In this document: piece by piece, positions 28,271 to 37,400 of the stretch
Layout: every line of letters starts with the position of its first letter
Position numbering within the stretch: the first letter of the stretch is position 1
From: an uncultured Myxococcales bacterium
GTDB taxonomy: Bacteria > Myxococcota > Myxococcia > Myxococcales > UBA5297
NCBI GenBank assembly: GCA_937910285.1
Contig: CALEOC010000027.1
Coordinates: 6,725 to 70,724 of the forward strand
Direction: 5' to 3'
Length of the DNA stretch: 64,000 bases
Translations under genes and position numbers: made by a program
The notes under the pieces: model-generated
What the model was told of the DNA's origin: nothing
Seen by the model: the letters and a program-made list of their open reading frames with translations, nothing else
Database searches by the model: none

Positions 28271-28424
28271 GCAGAGAAAGTTGGGGCTCGCCCGCGCGGA
28301 TAGAAGGACTGCTGCCCGCCGAGCGCGGACGGGACGGCCCGAGCGGCCAAGAGGCCGTGTAGCGGATGCCCACGCCCCGTCGCGTCCGGAGGGGCGTGGC
28401 AGCGCTCTTCCCGGCCTCGAGGCC

Positions 28425-28640
28425 TGTCGCGAAATCTCCTTGAGCTCGGCCCGGCCTCCCGTCACCTCGAGCGAAGTCGAAGGCTGGACCTCGGCCCGCC
28501 CCCCGCTCGCCTCGAGCGTAAGCCTCCCGAGGAACGAGGGAGGCGAAGTCGAGAGGCCCTTCGACTTCGGCCTCGCAAGCTCGACCTACGCTCGGGCTGA
28601 CCGGTTATCGCTCGAATTCGACACATCTTCACTTCGCCTC
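28425..28640. repeat. dispersed REP/MITE-like intergenic element, copy 3 (most complete, + orientation)
   Basis: Modules in order: CGAAATCTCCTTGAGCTCGGCCCGGCC; GTCACCTCGAGCGAAGTCGAAGG; the hairpin GCCTCCC-GAGGAACGA-GGGAGGC (28522-28544); then CCCTTCGACTTCGGCCTCGCAAGCTCGACCTACGCTCGGGCTGACCGGTTATCGCTCGAA. Confidence 0.75.
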
Positions 28641-28739
28641 CGCCGACAGCGAGGTCCCCGGAAACGGCGCTCACTCCGGGGGGCGGGCCAATGCCCTGTG
28701 AATTGCGGCGGGGCGCTCATTAGATTCGCCTCGCACGAA

Positions 28740-29201
28740 ATGGGGGCGACCGTGGACGACAAAGAAAACAAGGCGGGCAAGCCGAGGGAACCCGAAGGGC
28801 TCGAGTACGGTCTGCAGCGCAAGCTGGTGCTCGTGGTCGACGACGACCCCGACCTTCGGGACTACGTCCGCGAAGTGCTCGAGCTCGCCAACTACCGGGT
28901 GAAGACAGCGCCCAGCGGCGCGCGGGCGCTCCAGGAGCTCGCGCACGAGGCGCCCGACGTGGTGCTGCTCGACATGCGGATGCCGGGGCTGTCGGGCGAG
29001 GAGGTGCTCGAGCTGCTCGCGAAGATCAAAGGCCATCCCCCCATCGTCATCATGACCGCGGCCGAGACCGCGCGTGACCGGGCCCTGGCGCACCGCAACC
29101 CTTACTACCTGGCCAAGCCCTTCGATGCGACCCTGCTCCTGGCGACCATCGAAACCGCGCTCGAAGAGCCAGGCGAGCACGAAAGGGACTTCGACGCCTG
29201 A
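28740..29201 (+). CDS. stand-alone response regulator receiver protein (CheY-like)
   Basis: I start at MGATVDDKE (ATG 28740). Receiver motifs are present: VLVVDDDPD, VVLLDMRMPGLSG, and a conserved Lys in YLAKPF. Confidence 0.85.
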   Translation: MGATVDDKENKAGKPREPEGLEYGLQRKLVLVVDDDPDLRDYVREVLELANYRVKTAPSGARALQELAHEAPDVVLLDMRMPGLSGEEVLELLAKIKGHPPIVIMTAAETARDRALAHRNPYYLAKPFDATLLLATIETALEEPGEHERDFDA

Positions 29202-29508
29202 AAGAAGCGTCGCCCCCTCTCGGCATTCGCTTCCTCTCGGCTTTCGCTTCGATTCGGCTCGCCCCCGAGCCGCTGTTCACGCCGGGCGTCGGCCGAGCTT
29301 GACGGGGCCGAAATCTCGCCCGACCGGGCACTCGACTACCCTCACGCCGATCGGCTCGGCGCGAATGGGGCTTTGCCGACGCATCTTGAGCGGGCTGCCG
29401 AACCAACGGCCGGCGGACCGCCCTCGCCCCTTTCGCTGTCGGGTTTATGGCACAGTACGCGCCCCAAACCGCTTGTGCGCCCCCGCGGGCGCGGGGGTAT
29501 GCGTCCTC

Positions 29509-30411
29509 ATGGCCGAGCTGCTGGCCTTCGTGGGGGTCATGGTGGGCTCGGGCTATGTCCTGCGAACCACCGCGCTGGTGCGCGCGGACATGGCCAAGGA
29601 CCTGAGCACGGCGGTCTTCTACTTCACCCTCCCGCCGCTCATCTTCCTCGAGATCCACCGCGCCGAGCTCTCCTGGTCGCTGCTGATCCTGCCGGCGGTC
29701 GCCTGGGGCGTGGCGCTCGGCGGCTCGCTCGTCGGCCTCGCGCTCTGCCGCGCCTTCAAGCTGCCCAAGGCTCTCGCGGGCGCGCTCGTCATCGTCACCG
29801 TCTTCGGCAACACGACCTTCTTCGGCTACCCGGTGCTCCAGGGCTTCTACGGCAGCCGCGGGCTGACGCTGGCAATCTTCTTCGACCTGCTCGGCGCCTC
29901 GCTGGCTACCAACACCGTCGCGGTCGTCCTCGCGAGCGCGGCCGGTGGAGACGGGAGCATCGACGTCAGGCAGATCGCCCGCAAGCTGCTGCTCTTCCCG
30001 CCGATTTGGGGCCTCGGTCTCGGGCTGGCGCTGCGCGGGGTGGCGCTGCCCTCGCTGCTCGCGGAGATCCTCACCCGCATCGGCAACCTCACCACCCCGC
30101 TCATCATGCTGTCCATCGGGCTGTCGCTTCAGCTCTCGGCGTGGAGACAGGACCTGAAGTGGGTCGCGGTCGCCACGGTCGGCAAGCTGCTCGTGGTGCC
30201 GCTGGCCGTCTTCCTGATCCTGAGCGCCATCGGCCTGCCGTCCGAGCTCCTGCAGGTCTCGGTACTCCAGGCCGCCATGCCGACGATGTTCTTCTCGCTC
30301 ACCCTCGCGTTGCTCTTCGGCCTGAGGCTCCATCTGGTCGTCAACGCGATCATGGTCTCGACGCTGCTCAGCTTCGCGACCTTGCCGCTGTGGCGCTGGA
30401 TCGTGGGCTAA
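29509..30411 (+). CDS. AEC-family (auxin efflux carrier-like) membrane transporter
   Basis: I start at MAELLAFVGV (ATG 29509). About 10 hydrophobic segments are present, with typical AEC text (FGNTTFFGYPV, LQAAMPT). Confidence 0.75.
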   Translation: MAELLAFVGVMVGSGYVLRTTALVRADMAKDLSTAVFYFTLPPLIFLEIHRAELSWSLLILPAVAWGVALGGSLVGLALCRAFKLPKALAGALVIVTVFGNTTFFGYPVLQGFYGSRGLTLAIFFDLLGASLATNTVAVVLASAAGGDGSIDVRQIARKLLLFPPIWGLGLGLALRGVALPSLLAEILTRIGNLTTPLIMLSIGLSLQLSAWRQDLKWVAVATVGKLLVVPLAVFLILSAIGLPSELLQVSVLQAAMPTMFFSLTLALLFGLRLHLVVNAIMVSTLLSFATLPLWRWIVG

Positions 30412-30593
30412 TCACGCTGCCGACCGGAAAATCGCGGGCCGCGGACCCGAGCTCACGCCGCCCCGAAAGCCGGCGGGGAAACACGCATCGGGAACCCGTG
30501 CTCGATCTCCGGCCGGGCGCATTTCCATGCGCCCCTACCAGCGGTCGGCCGGTTCACGCGCACGCTTTGGCTCCGGGCATCGCCCGCCCTGCA

Positions 30594-31097
30594 TCACCCG
30601 TTCGAGCGTCTGCCGATCTGCGTGACCTCGTCGCCGGACTCGGAGGCGATTTCGGTCAGCCGGCAGTCGGCCCACCGCAGGCGGCGGCACAGCTCGCGGT
30701 TGATGTTCTGCACCACGATGACGTAGGCCTTCACGTCCTCGCGATAGAGCCGGTAGAGGTCCATGTTGGCCAGCTCGAGGAGCACCAGCGCCGTCTCGGC
30801 GTGCGCGGTGACCGGCCGCGGCTGCATCTCGATGAGCGTCGTCTCCCCGAAGAAGTCCCCCTCGCGCAACCGCGCCAGTCGCACCCGGTGGCCCGAGCCG
30901 CCGGCGCGCACCACCAGCACCTCGCCCGACTGGATGATGTACATCGAGGCGCCGGTGTCGCCCTCCATGAAGATCGTCGAGCCCTCGGAGTAGCTGCGCA
31001 CCTTGAGCATCTGGCTGATGCGCTCGAGAGCCTCGCCGCTTAGGCCGCCGAAAAACGGCGTATTCATCAGGAAGCTTTTCAGGGACTTGCCATTCAT
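30594..31097 (-). CDS. cyclic nucleotide-binding domain protein
   Basis: cNMP-binding beta-roll motifs (FFGGLSGEALE...GDFFGETTL) in a 167-aa single-domain protein. Confidence 0.8.
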   Translation of the reverse strand: MNGKSLKSFLMNTPFFGGLSGEALERISQMLKVRSYSEGSTIFMEGDTGASMYIIQSGEVLVVRAGGSGHRVRLARLREGDFFGETTLIEMQPRPVTAHAETALVLLELANMDLYRLYREDVKAYVIVVQNINRELCRRLRWADCRLTEIASESGDEVTQIGRRSNG

Positions 31098-31639
31098 CTC
31101 GGATGCTCGTGCAGGGGTGTTCGAGAGCGAACGGATAGCATGTCTGACGCGCCGCGTAAGCAGCGATCACGGCCGCTCATGCGGCGCTCGCTCGCTCGGC
31201 AGCACGCGGCGAGCGGGGGCCTTTGGTGGCCTGATCGGCGGCCTTTTTCGTACCGCTCGGCCCGAGAAGGTCCCTGGCAGGCCCGTGGGGACATTCTTGC
31301 CCTTCAGGCTTGCTTTTCAAATCGGGCCGATGCCTGCTCGCCTCGTCCTGGGCCAATCCTGGCCCTTCCAACAGCCCTCTCGAGACGCCGATTCCCGGCA
31401 TGACCGCTCGCTTTCGCAGCGTTTCTCCCTCTGAAAACGGGCCTCTCGACCCGCCGCCGCACCGAAAGCGGCCAGCGCCACGCCGCTCACCCCGAGCTTG
31501 TTACCGGTCCCTTGGCCGGCTGTGACCCGTGAACGAACAGCCGATTGCCGTAGAACCACCGCGCGCGAGCAAGAGGGGATTGGGAGGAGTCGCAACCGGT
31601 CGATGAGAGGCCTCCTATCGACTCGACGCTTGTGCTCAA

Positions 31640-31780
31640 CCTCGGGGAGCATCGGTGGCCGATAGTTCGGAGCGTAGCCTCCCGAGGAACGAGGGAGGCG
31701 AAGTTGAAGGGGCCGACTTCGCCTGCCCCGAGCCTGCCGAGGGGCTCGGGCTGACCGGTTATCGCCCGAAGAAGCCTTCG
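31640..31780. repeat. dispersed REP/MITE-like intergenic element, copy 4
   Basis: GCCTCCCGAGGAACGAGGGAGGCGAAGTTGAAGG (31677-31710), followed by GGGCTCGGGCTGACCGGTTATCGCCCGAA. Confidence 0.7.
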
Positions 31781-31922
31781 CCCCCTCCCCCACACCTATC
31801 GCTGCCGGACGCCCCATCCAACGTGCCGGACGTGCGTAGTGGACCCGCTCTCGCTCGCGGGCATAGGTTTGTGCCGGACAGCGCCGCGGTCGTCTCCGAC
31901 CTCATGGGGCGGGAAGGGTCCG

Positions 31923-33317
31923 ATGAGCCTGCGCGCATTTTTCGCCTCGAGCCTGGCCGTGCTCGTCGCGCTCGCCCTCGTCGCGGCCGCAAGCCTGGTG
32001 GCGCTCACCACCTTTCTACACACCGCCTCCCGGGACCTTGGCTCCGCCCTGCTGCGCGCGGACGCCGCTGCCCTGCTCGAAACCGCCCTCTACGCTGCCG
32101 AGGCCGACCGGCTTCGTGAGCGAAGCGGCCTGCCGCGGCGCTCGACGGTCGCCGAGGACGACGCGCGCATCTCCCGCTGCCTGGACACCCTGCGCGGGCT
32201 CATCACTTCCGAGCGCGGCAAGAAGCTGATGCGCCAGCTCGAGTCGGTCATAGCCGAATACCAGTCCGAATCGGCCAGGGCCTCGGGCCCGGCAGCGCGC
32301 GAGCTCCGCTTGCAGCGGCTCGACGAAGCCATGGAAATCACCGAGCAAATTCAGGCAGTCAGCCGCGAGCAGGCGGAGGCGACCATGCGCCACGCCAAGC
32401 GGCTCGACGTGCTCTCCAACGACGTTGGTATCGGCGTGGCCGTCCTGCTGCTCGTCGCGGTGGCGATGCTCGTCGTCCTGATGCGTCAGTTCATCTACCG
32501 GCCGCTGGTCGCCATCCGCAGCGCCATCGCGGAGTTTGCCGCCGGAAACCGCCGGGCGCGCGCCCCCGAGACCGGCCCTATCGAGCTCGCCTCGATTGCC
32601 CACACCTTCAACTACGCCGCCGAGCTGGTCGAGCGTCAGCTGGGCTCGATGGCGACCGTCGCCCACGACCTGCGCAACCCCTTGGCGGCGATGAGCACCG
32701 CGCTGGCCGCCGTGCGCGACGACCGGCCGCTGCCCTCCGAGGAACAGGTCCGGCGCCTGGTCGCGCTCGGCCAGCATCAGGTGACTCGCCTCGACCGGAT
32801 GGTCGGCGATCTGCTCGACGTCGCGCGCATCGAGGCCGGTCGGCTCGAGCTCAAGCTGACCGACTGCGATCTGCGCGGCCTTGCCCGCGGGGTGGTCGAG
32901 CTGTTCCGGAGCGAGTCGCCGCGCCACGACCTCGTCTTCCTCGAGCCCGAGACGCCCGTGCAGGTGCGCTGTGACGAGGGCCGTATCGAGCAGGCGCTCG
33001 GCAACCTGGTCAGCAACGCCATCAAGTACTCGCCCGCGGGCGGAAGGGTCACGGTGGGCGTCTTTGCCAGAGGCGACGAGGCGATCTTCGAGGTGACCGA
33101 CCAGGGTGTCGGCATCCCGCCCGAGGAGCGCGAGCGCATCTTCGAGCCGTTTCGCCGCAGCCCCACCTCGCGCGAGGCCGTCCCCGGCACCGGCCTCGGG
33201 CTCTCGATCACCCGGCGCATCGTCGAATCGCACGGCGGGCGCCTCGAGCTCGAGAGCGAACCCGGCAAGGGCTCGACCTTCCGCGCGCGCCTGCCGAAAG
33301 AGTCGCCCGCTGGCTGA
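31923..33317 (+). CDS. sensor histidine kinase (TM-HAMP-HisKA-HATPase)
   Basis: I start at MSLRAFFASSL (ATG 31923). Two TM segments are present. Motifs: H box HDLRNPLAAM, N box NLVSNAIKYS, G1 DQGVGIP, G2 GTGLGLSI. Confidence 0.9.
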   Translation: MSLRAFFASSLAVLVALALVAAASLVALTTFLHTASRDLGSALLRADAAALLETALYAAEADRLRERSGLPRRSTVAEDDARISRCLDTLRGLITSERGKKLMRQLESVIAEYQSESARASGPAARELRLQRLDEAMEITEQIQAVSREQAEATMRHAKRLDVLSNDVGIGVAVLLLVAVAMLVVLMRQFIYRPLVAIRSAIAEFAAGNRRARAPETGPIELASIAHTFNYAAELVERQLGSMATVAHDLRNPLAAMSTALAAVRDDRPLPSEEQVRRLVALGQHQVTRLDRMVGDLLDVARIEAGRLELKLTDCDLRGLARGVVELFRSESPRHDLVFLEPETPVQVRCDEGRIEQALGNLVSNAIKYSPAGGRVTVGVFARGDEAIFEVTDQGVGIPPEERERIFEPFRRSPTSREAVPGTGLGLSITRRIVESHGGRLELESEPGKGSTFRARLPKESPAG

Positions 33318-33320
33318 AGA

Positions 33321-33500
33321 GGAGTCGAAGAATCCTCTTCGACTCCGTCCACTTCCGCTCGCCCTGAGCGTAGCTCCCGACGCGCGAGCGGTGGGAGCCG
33401 AGTCGAAGGGCTCGACTTCGCCTCCCTCGTTCCTCGGGAGGCTTCCGCTCGAGGTGACCGGAGGGGCCGGGCCGAGCTCGAGGAGATTTCTCGGGTTGCC
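33321..33500. repeat. dispersed REP/MITE-like intergenic element, copy 5 (inverted relative to copy 3)
   Basis: It starts with the perfect hairpin GGAGTCGAAGA-ATCC-TCTTCGACTCC (33321-33346), 3 nt after the kinase stop. It contains TCGACTTCGCCTCCCTCGTTCCTCGGGAGGC (33412-33442) and the reverse complement of the copy-3 left end. Confidence 0.75.
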
Positions 33501-33532
33501 GCCCGCCGGCGCGAGGGTAAGGGGCGAGACCG

Positions 33533-35068
33533 CTAGCCGCTGCTCTCCGGGCCATACCTGGCGAGGTATCCGCGCACCCGCACCTTCTTCAGCGTCGCGC
33601 TCGAGCTCATGTAGCGGACCTTGCCGAAGACCGGCCGCTGCGGGCCCCAGGGGCGGTCGTAGCGGCCGAGGATCCAGAAGATGCCGCTGTAGGAGTTCGG
33701 GTCCCGGCCGTCGAGCGCGTACTTGTTGTTCAGCTCGACCATCGTCTCGAGCGCCCGCTCCGGCGTCGGCGACCACTCGAGGATCCGCTTTCCCCACAGG
33801 ATCCTCAGGTAGTTGTGGATTCTGCCCTCGCGCACGAGCTGGCGCTGCGCGGCGTTCCAGAGCTCGTCGCCGGTGCGCGCGCCCTCGAGCTCGTCGAGGC
33901 CGTAGACGACCGGTCGCGGATCGGCGGTGTGCTCGGCGAGGGTCAGGCGAGCCCAGGTCGGCAGGGAGCCGTAGCGCTCGTAGTCCTCGCGAAACGCGCA
34001 GAAGTTGTAGCCGAGCTCGCGCCAGGTCACGAGCTGGTCGAGGAACGCCTCGGCGCTCTCGCTCATGCCCCACCATCCGCGCGCGCCGCCGCTGGTGCGC
34101 GTCGGCAGCCTGTCGACGCTCCACCCCTCGCGCTCGGCGAGCGCCGCGATGACCTCGTGGCTCGAGAGGTGGCCGAAGTGCAGATAGGCCGACAGCCCGC
34201 TCGTCGCCTCGGCGTCCGGATGGTTGTGGTCCACCGCGTAGCGCTCGAGCTGCTGGTCGATGAAGAGGCGCAGCCGCGCGCGCGCCGCCGCGGTCCCGCC
34301 GGGCTGCTCGGACACCGGCGCGATCGAGTGATCGATGGGAAGCGTCGCCAGGCTCCCGCCCGCGAGCAGTCTCGCCGACGCGGGCCTCCACCGGGAGGCG
34401 ATCGCACGGGGAACCGGCCGTGACCGCGGCAGGTTGGCCCGCGCGAGCGGGTTCGCCTTCGGAAGCTCGAGGTGCTGGCGCAGGGTCTTCTGCAGCAGCA
34501 GGCGAAAAGCCCGCGCCTGTCCATACGGCTTGCCGGCGACCCGCAGCGGCAGCAGTCCGTTCGAGTCGATCGCCTCGAGCCGGATCGGCAGCTTGCGCCC
34601 GGCCGCCGCCACCATCCGCGGCAGGAAGAAGTCCGGGAAGTCGTCGGCGACGACGACGCAGGCGCGGTCGGCGAGCGCGGCGAGCAGCCCCTTGCCCTCG
34701 TCGAGCGCCGGCTCGACGTACGGGTAGTAGGTGACGCCCGCCCTCTCGAAGGCCGCGGCGTTCTCGGCCATCCCCTCGAGGACGAAGCGGTGGAACCGGT
34801 CGCATTTCCAGCGGTATCCGGAGCGCAGCGCTTCGAGGACGAGCAGCGGCCGCCCCAGCTCCCGGCACCACTCGACGGCCCGCTGCAGCGCGAAGTTCCA
34901 GCCGGCGCGGCGAAAGGCGGTCATCCAATAGAGGACGAAGTCGCCCTCGCGCCGGACCGGGGCGTCGTTGATCGGGCGGATTCGCGAGGCGGGCACCCGC
35001 TCGGCCACCGGCACGCCGGAATGACGACGGACACCCTCTGCCTTGCTCGTTCGAGTGGTACGGGCCAT
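33533..35068 (-). CDS. class II CPD deoxyribodipyrimidine photolyase
   Basis: I start at MARTTRTSK (ATG complement 35066-35068). Class II-type text is present (FVLYWM...RAGWNFAL, HNYLRILWGKRILEW, NSYSGIFWILGRYDRPWG...FGKVRYM). Confidence 0.9.
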   Translation of the reverse strand: MARTTRTSKAEGVRRHSGVPVAERVPASRIRPINDAPVRREGDFVLYWMTAFRRAGWNFALQRAVEWCRELGRPLLVLEALRSGYRWKCDRFHRFVLEGMAENAAAFERAGVTYYPYVEPALDEGKGLLAALADRACVVVADDFPDFFLPRMVAAAGRKLPIRLEAIDSNGLLPLRVAGKPYGQARAFRLLLQKTLRQHLELPKANPLARANLPRSRPVPRAIASRWRPASARLLAGGSLATLPIDHSIAPVSEQPGGTAAARARLRLFIDQQLERYAVDHNHPDAEATSGLSAYLHFGHLSSHEVIAALAEREGWSVDRLPTRTSGGARGWWGMSESAEAFLDQLVTWRELGYNFCAFREDYERYGSLPTWARLTLAEHTADPRPVVYGLDELEGARTGDELWNAAQRQLVREGRIHNYLRILWGKRILEWSPTPERALETMVELNNKYALDGRDPNSYSGIFWILGRYDRPWGPQRPVFGKVRYMSSSATLKKVRVRGYLARYGPESSG

Positions 35069-35267
35069 CGCGGCTCCTGGCGAAGAGGCGACAGTGGCAC
35101 GGCGCCGGTGAAGCTGCACGAGGCGCCTGCGGGGAGGCTTCCGCCTCCGATCCGCTTTGGGGCTTCCGGCCCGGGTCGCGAGCCACATTCTCCCGGGACT
35201 CTTCCCGGCCCATCGGGGCCGGCTTGGGCGGCGCGCCTACCTCGGCGGCGCCGCAGGAGCCCCTCAG

Positions 35268-37340
35268 ATGAAGACGCTCGGTCTCACCTTCGCGCTCTCG
35301 CTACTCGTCGCTGGCTGCACCGGTCCCGAGGGTCCGCTCGGTCCGGCCGGTCTTGTCGGTCCGCAGGGCCCCGAGGGACAGGCCGGGGAGGAGGGCGAGC
35401 CCGGCGACAAGGGCGAAAAGGGCGACCCGGGCGAGCCCGGCCCCATTACCGACCCGCCGGCGGTCGAAGGGCTCTCGCCGACCTGGGGCTCGGGCCGCAC
35501 GCGAGTGACCATCCGCGGCGCGCGCTTCTCGGCGACACCGCTGGACAACTTCGTCACCTTCGACGGTTACCGCGCCACGGTGCTCGAGGCGAGCGCGGAC
35601 GAGCTGCTCGTCGAGCCGTCGGTCAGCGTCGCCGCCGCGCGGCCTGTGGCGGTGTCGGTCGAGGTGGCCAACCAGGTATCGAACGCCGCGCTGTTCGACC
35701 TGGTGCCGACCGGGACCGCGAGAGCGCTCGACGCGGCCCTGCCGGCCGGCCCGGGCGATGTCGTCGTCGCCAACGGCGAGGTGTTCGTGGCCGGCACCGA
35801 TTACCTCAGTCCGAACGCCGGGTTGTACCGCGTGGAGGCGGGCGGCCGGACGACCCGCGTCGTTGCCGCCGAGCGGGTCGAGCTCCCCGTGGCCGGCATC
35901 GACGCCCCGCTCTTCGACGCGCCGCTGTCGCTCGCCACCGACGGCAACGACGTCTGGTACACCACAGCCTCCGGGCTCGTGCGCCGCTATCGCGCCGAGA
36001 ACAGCTCGGTCTACGACGTCCTCTCCATCCCCCCGCCCGACACCGTCTTCCCCGCGCGCACCGGCATCGCCCGCGACCAGGCCGGCAACCTCTTCATCGC
36101 CGATCGCACCCTCGAAGGCGGCGGCGGGCTGCTCTGGCTCGACTCGGAGGGCGCGCTCGAGACCGTGCCGCTGCCCGGCGCCCTCGCCGTGGCCGCCGAC
36201 GGCGGCGACCTCTTCGTGCTCACCTCGGCCGGCGCGGTCGCGCGGGTCAGCTTTGCGACCGGAAGCGCTGTCGTCACCCCGGACTTCGCGACCGGCGCCA
36301 CGGGGGCGTCCGACCTCGCGGTGATGGACGGCAAGCTGCTCGTCTCGCTGCCCGACGCGACGCTCGCCGCCATCAGCAAGAGCGCGGGCGGCGCCTTCGC
36401 TCCCTACGGCGACCCGGCGGGCTACCTCTACCCGGCCCGCGGTCTGTTCGCCGACGGCGACGCGCTGCTGCTCGCCCAGGCCGACGGCGGCGTGGTCCGG
36501 CGGCTGGCCGCGTCGGCCTCGCCGACCATCGTCGCCGCGGGGCTGCGCCCAGCGCTGGCCACCAGTCGCATCGACGAGACCTTCTACTTCGCGACCGTGG
36601 GCCCCGCCGGCCTGGGCGTCGCGACCCACCTCGACGACTCGGCGCTGGTCGAGGTGCGCGCCGACGGCAGCAGCCAGGTCGTGCTCCAGACCCAGCTCAT
36701 CACCGGCGTCGGCGCCGCACCCGGGGGCGGGCTCGCCTTGGCGCACTGCCGCGAGTCGCTGATCGAATCGTTCGATCCGGCGACGCGGCATCGGGTTCCG
36801 CTGCTGACGGCGGCCGATGGGCTCGCCTGCCCCGCCGGGCTCTTCTTCAGCGCCGACGGGCACCTCGTCTATTCGAACGTCGAGCCCGGGCAGGCCGCCC
36901 CGCGCACGCGGGTCGGGAGGAAGACCCCCTCGGGCAACGACCTGAATTACGTGACCGGCCTTGGGCCCGGCTCGGTCTTCGTGGGCAGCTCGAACCGCCG
37001 GCTGCTCAGCATGGCGCGCGCGCAGCTCGAGCCGGTGGCGCTCCACACCGCCGACGCGACCTACGGAGGCGCGGCGAGCCTCTTCGCACCGGCGACGGCC
37101 ATCGGGATGGCGACCGCGCTGGGCGTCACCTCGAACGAGACCGTCCTCATCACCCGTTTGGGGGGAAGCATCGCCCGCATCGAGACCGCGCTGGGCCAGG
37201 CGATTCCTTGGGGGCGCACGGTGGTCGAGGAGCTGGGCTACACGCGGACATCGGGCCCGTCGTCGATTGGCTTCCGCGAGGACGGCACGTTGGTGGCGGT
37301 CGATGAGCGGCAGGGGGTGGTCGTCGAGGTGGCGCCGTAG
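35268..37340 (+). CDS. lipoprotein with collagen-like G-X-Y tract, IPT/TIG-like domain and beta-propeller-like repeats
   Basis: It has a lipobox (LLVAGC) followed at once by 13-14 uninterrupted G-X-Y triplets (GPEGPLGPAGLVGPQGPEGQAGEEGEPGDKGEKGDPGEPGP, about 35322-35447). An IPT-like segment follows (VEGLSPTWGSGRTRVTIRGARF...VTFDG). Repeated strand-like segments come after it (GNLFIADR, GDLFVLTS...). Confidence 0.75.
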   Translation: MKTLGLTFALSLLVAGCTGPEGPLGPAGLVGPQGPEGQAGEEGEPGDKGEKGDPGEPGPITDPPAVEGLSPTWGSGRTRVTIRGARFSATPLDNFVTFDGYRATVLEASADELLVEPSVSVAAARPVAVSVEVANQVSNAALFDLVPTGTARALDAALPAGPGDVVVANGEVFVAGTDYLSPNAGLYRVEAGGRTTRVVAAERVELPVAGIDAPLFDAPLSLATDGNDVWYTTASGLVRRYRAENSSVYDVLSIPPPDTVFPARTGIARDQAGNLFIADRTLEGGGGLLWLDSEGALETVPLPGALAVAADGGDLFVLTSAGAVARVSFATGSAVVTPDFATGATGASDLAVMDGKLLVSLPDATLAAISKSAGGAFAPYGDPAGYLYPARGLFADGDALLLAQADGGVVRRLAASASPTIVAAGLRPALATSRIDETFYFATVGPAGLGVATHLDDSALVEVRADGSSQVVLQTQLITGVGAAPGGGLALAHCRESLIESFDPATRHRVPLLTAADGLACPAGLFFSADGHLVYSNVEPGQAAPRTRVGRKTPSGNDLNYVTGLGPGSVFVGSSNRRLLSMARAQLEPVALHTADATYGGAASLFAPATAIGMATALGVTSNETVLITRLGGSIARIETALGQAIPWGRTVVEELGYTRTSGPSSIGFREDGTLVAVDERQGVVVEVAP

Positions 37341-37400
37341 GAGGCCGACGACGCCCCACATCCGGCCTGCCTCCGACTGACCTTCGCCGCCTACGGTCCT

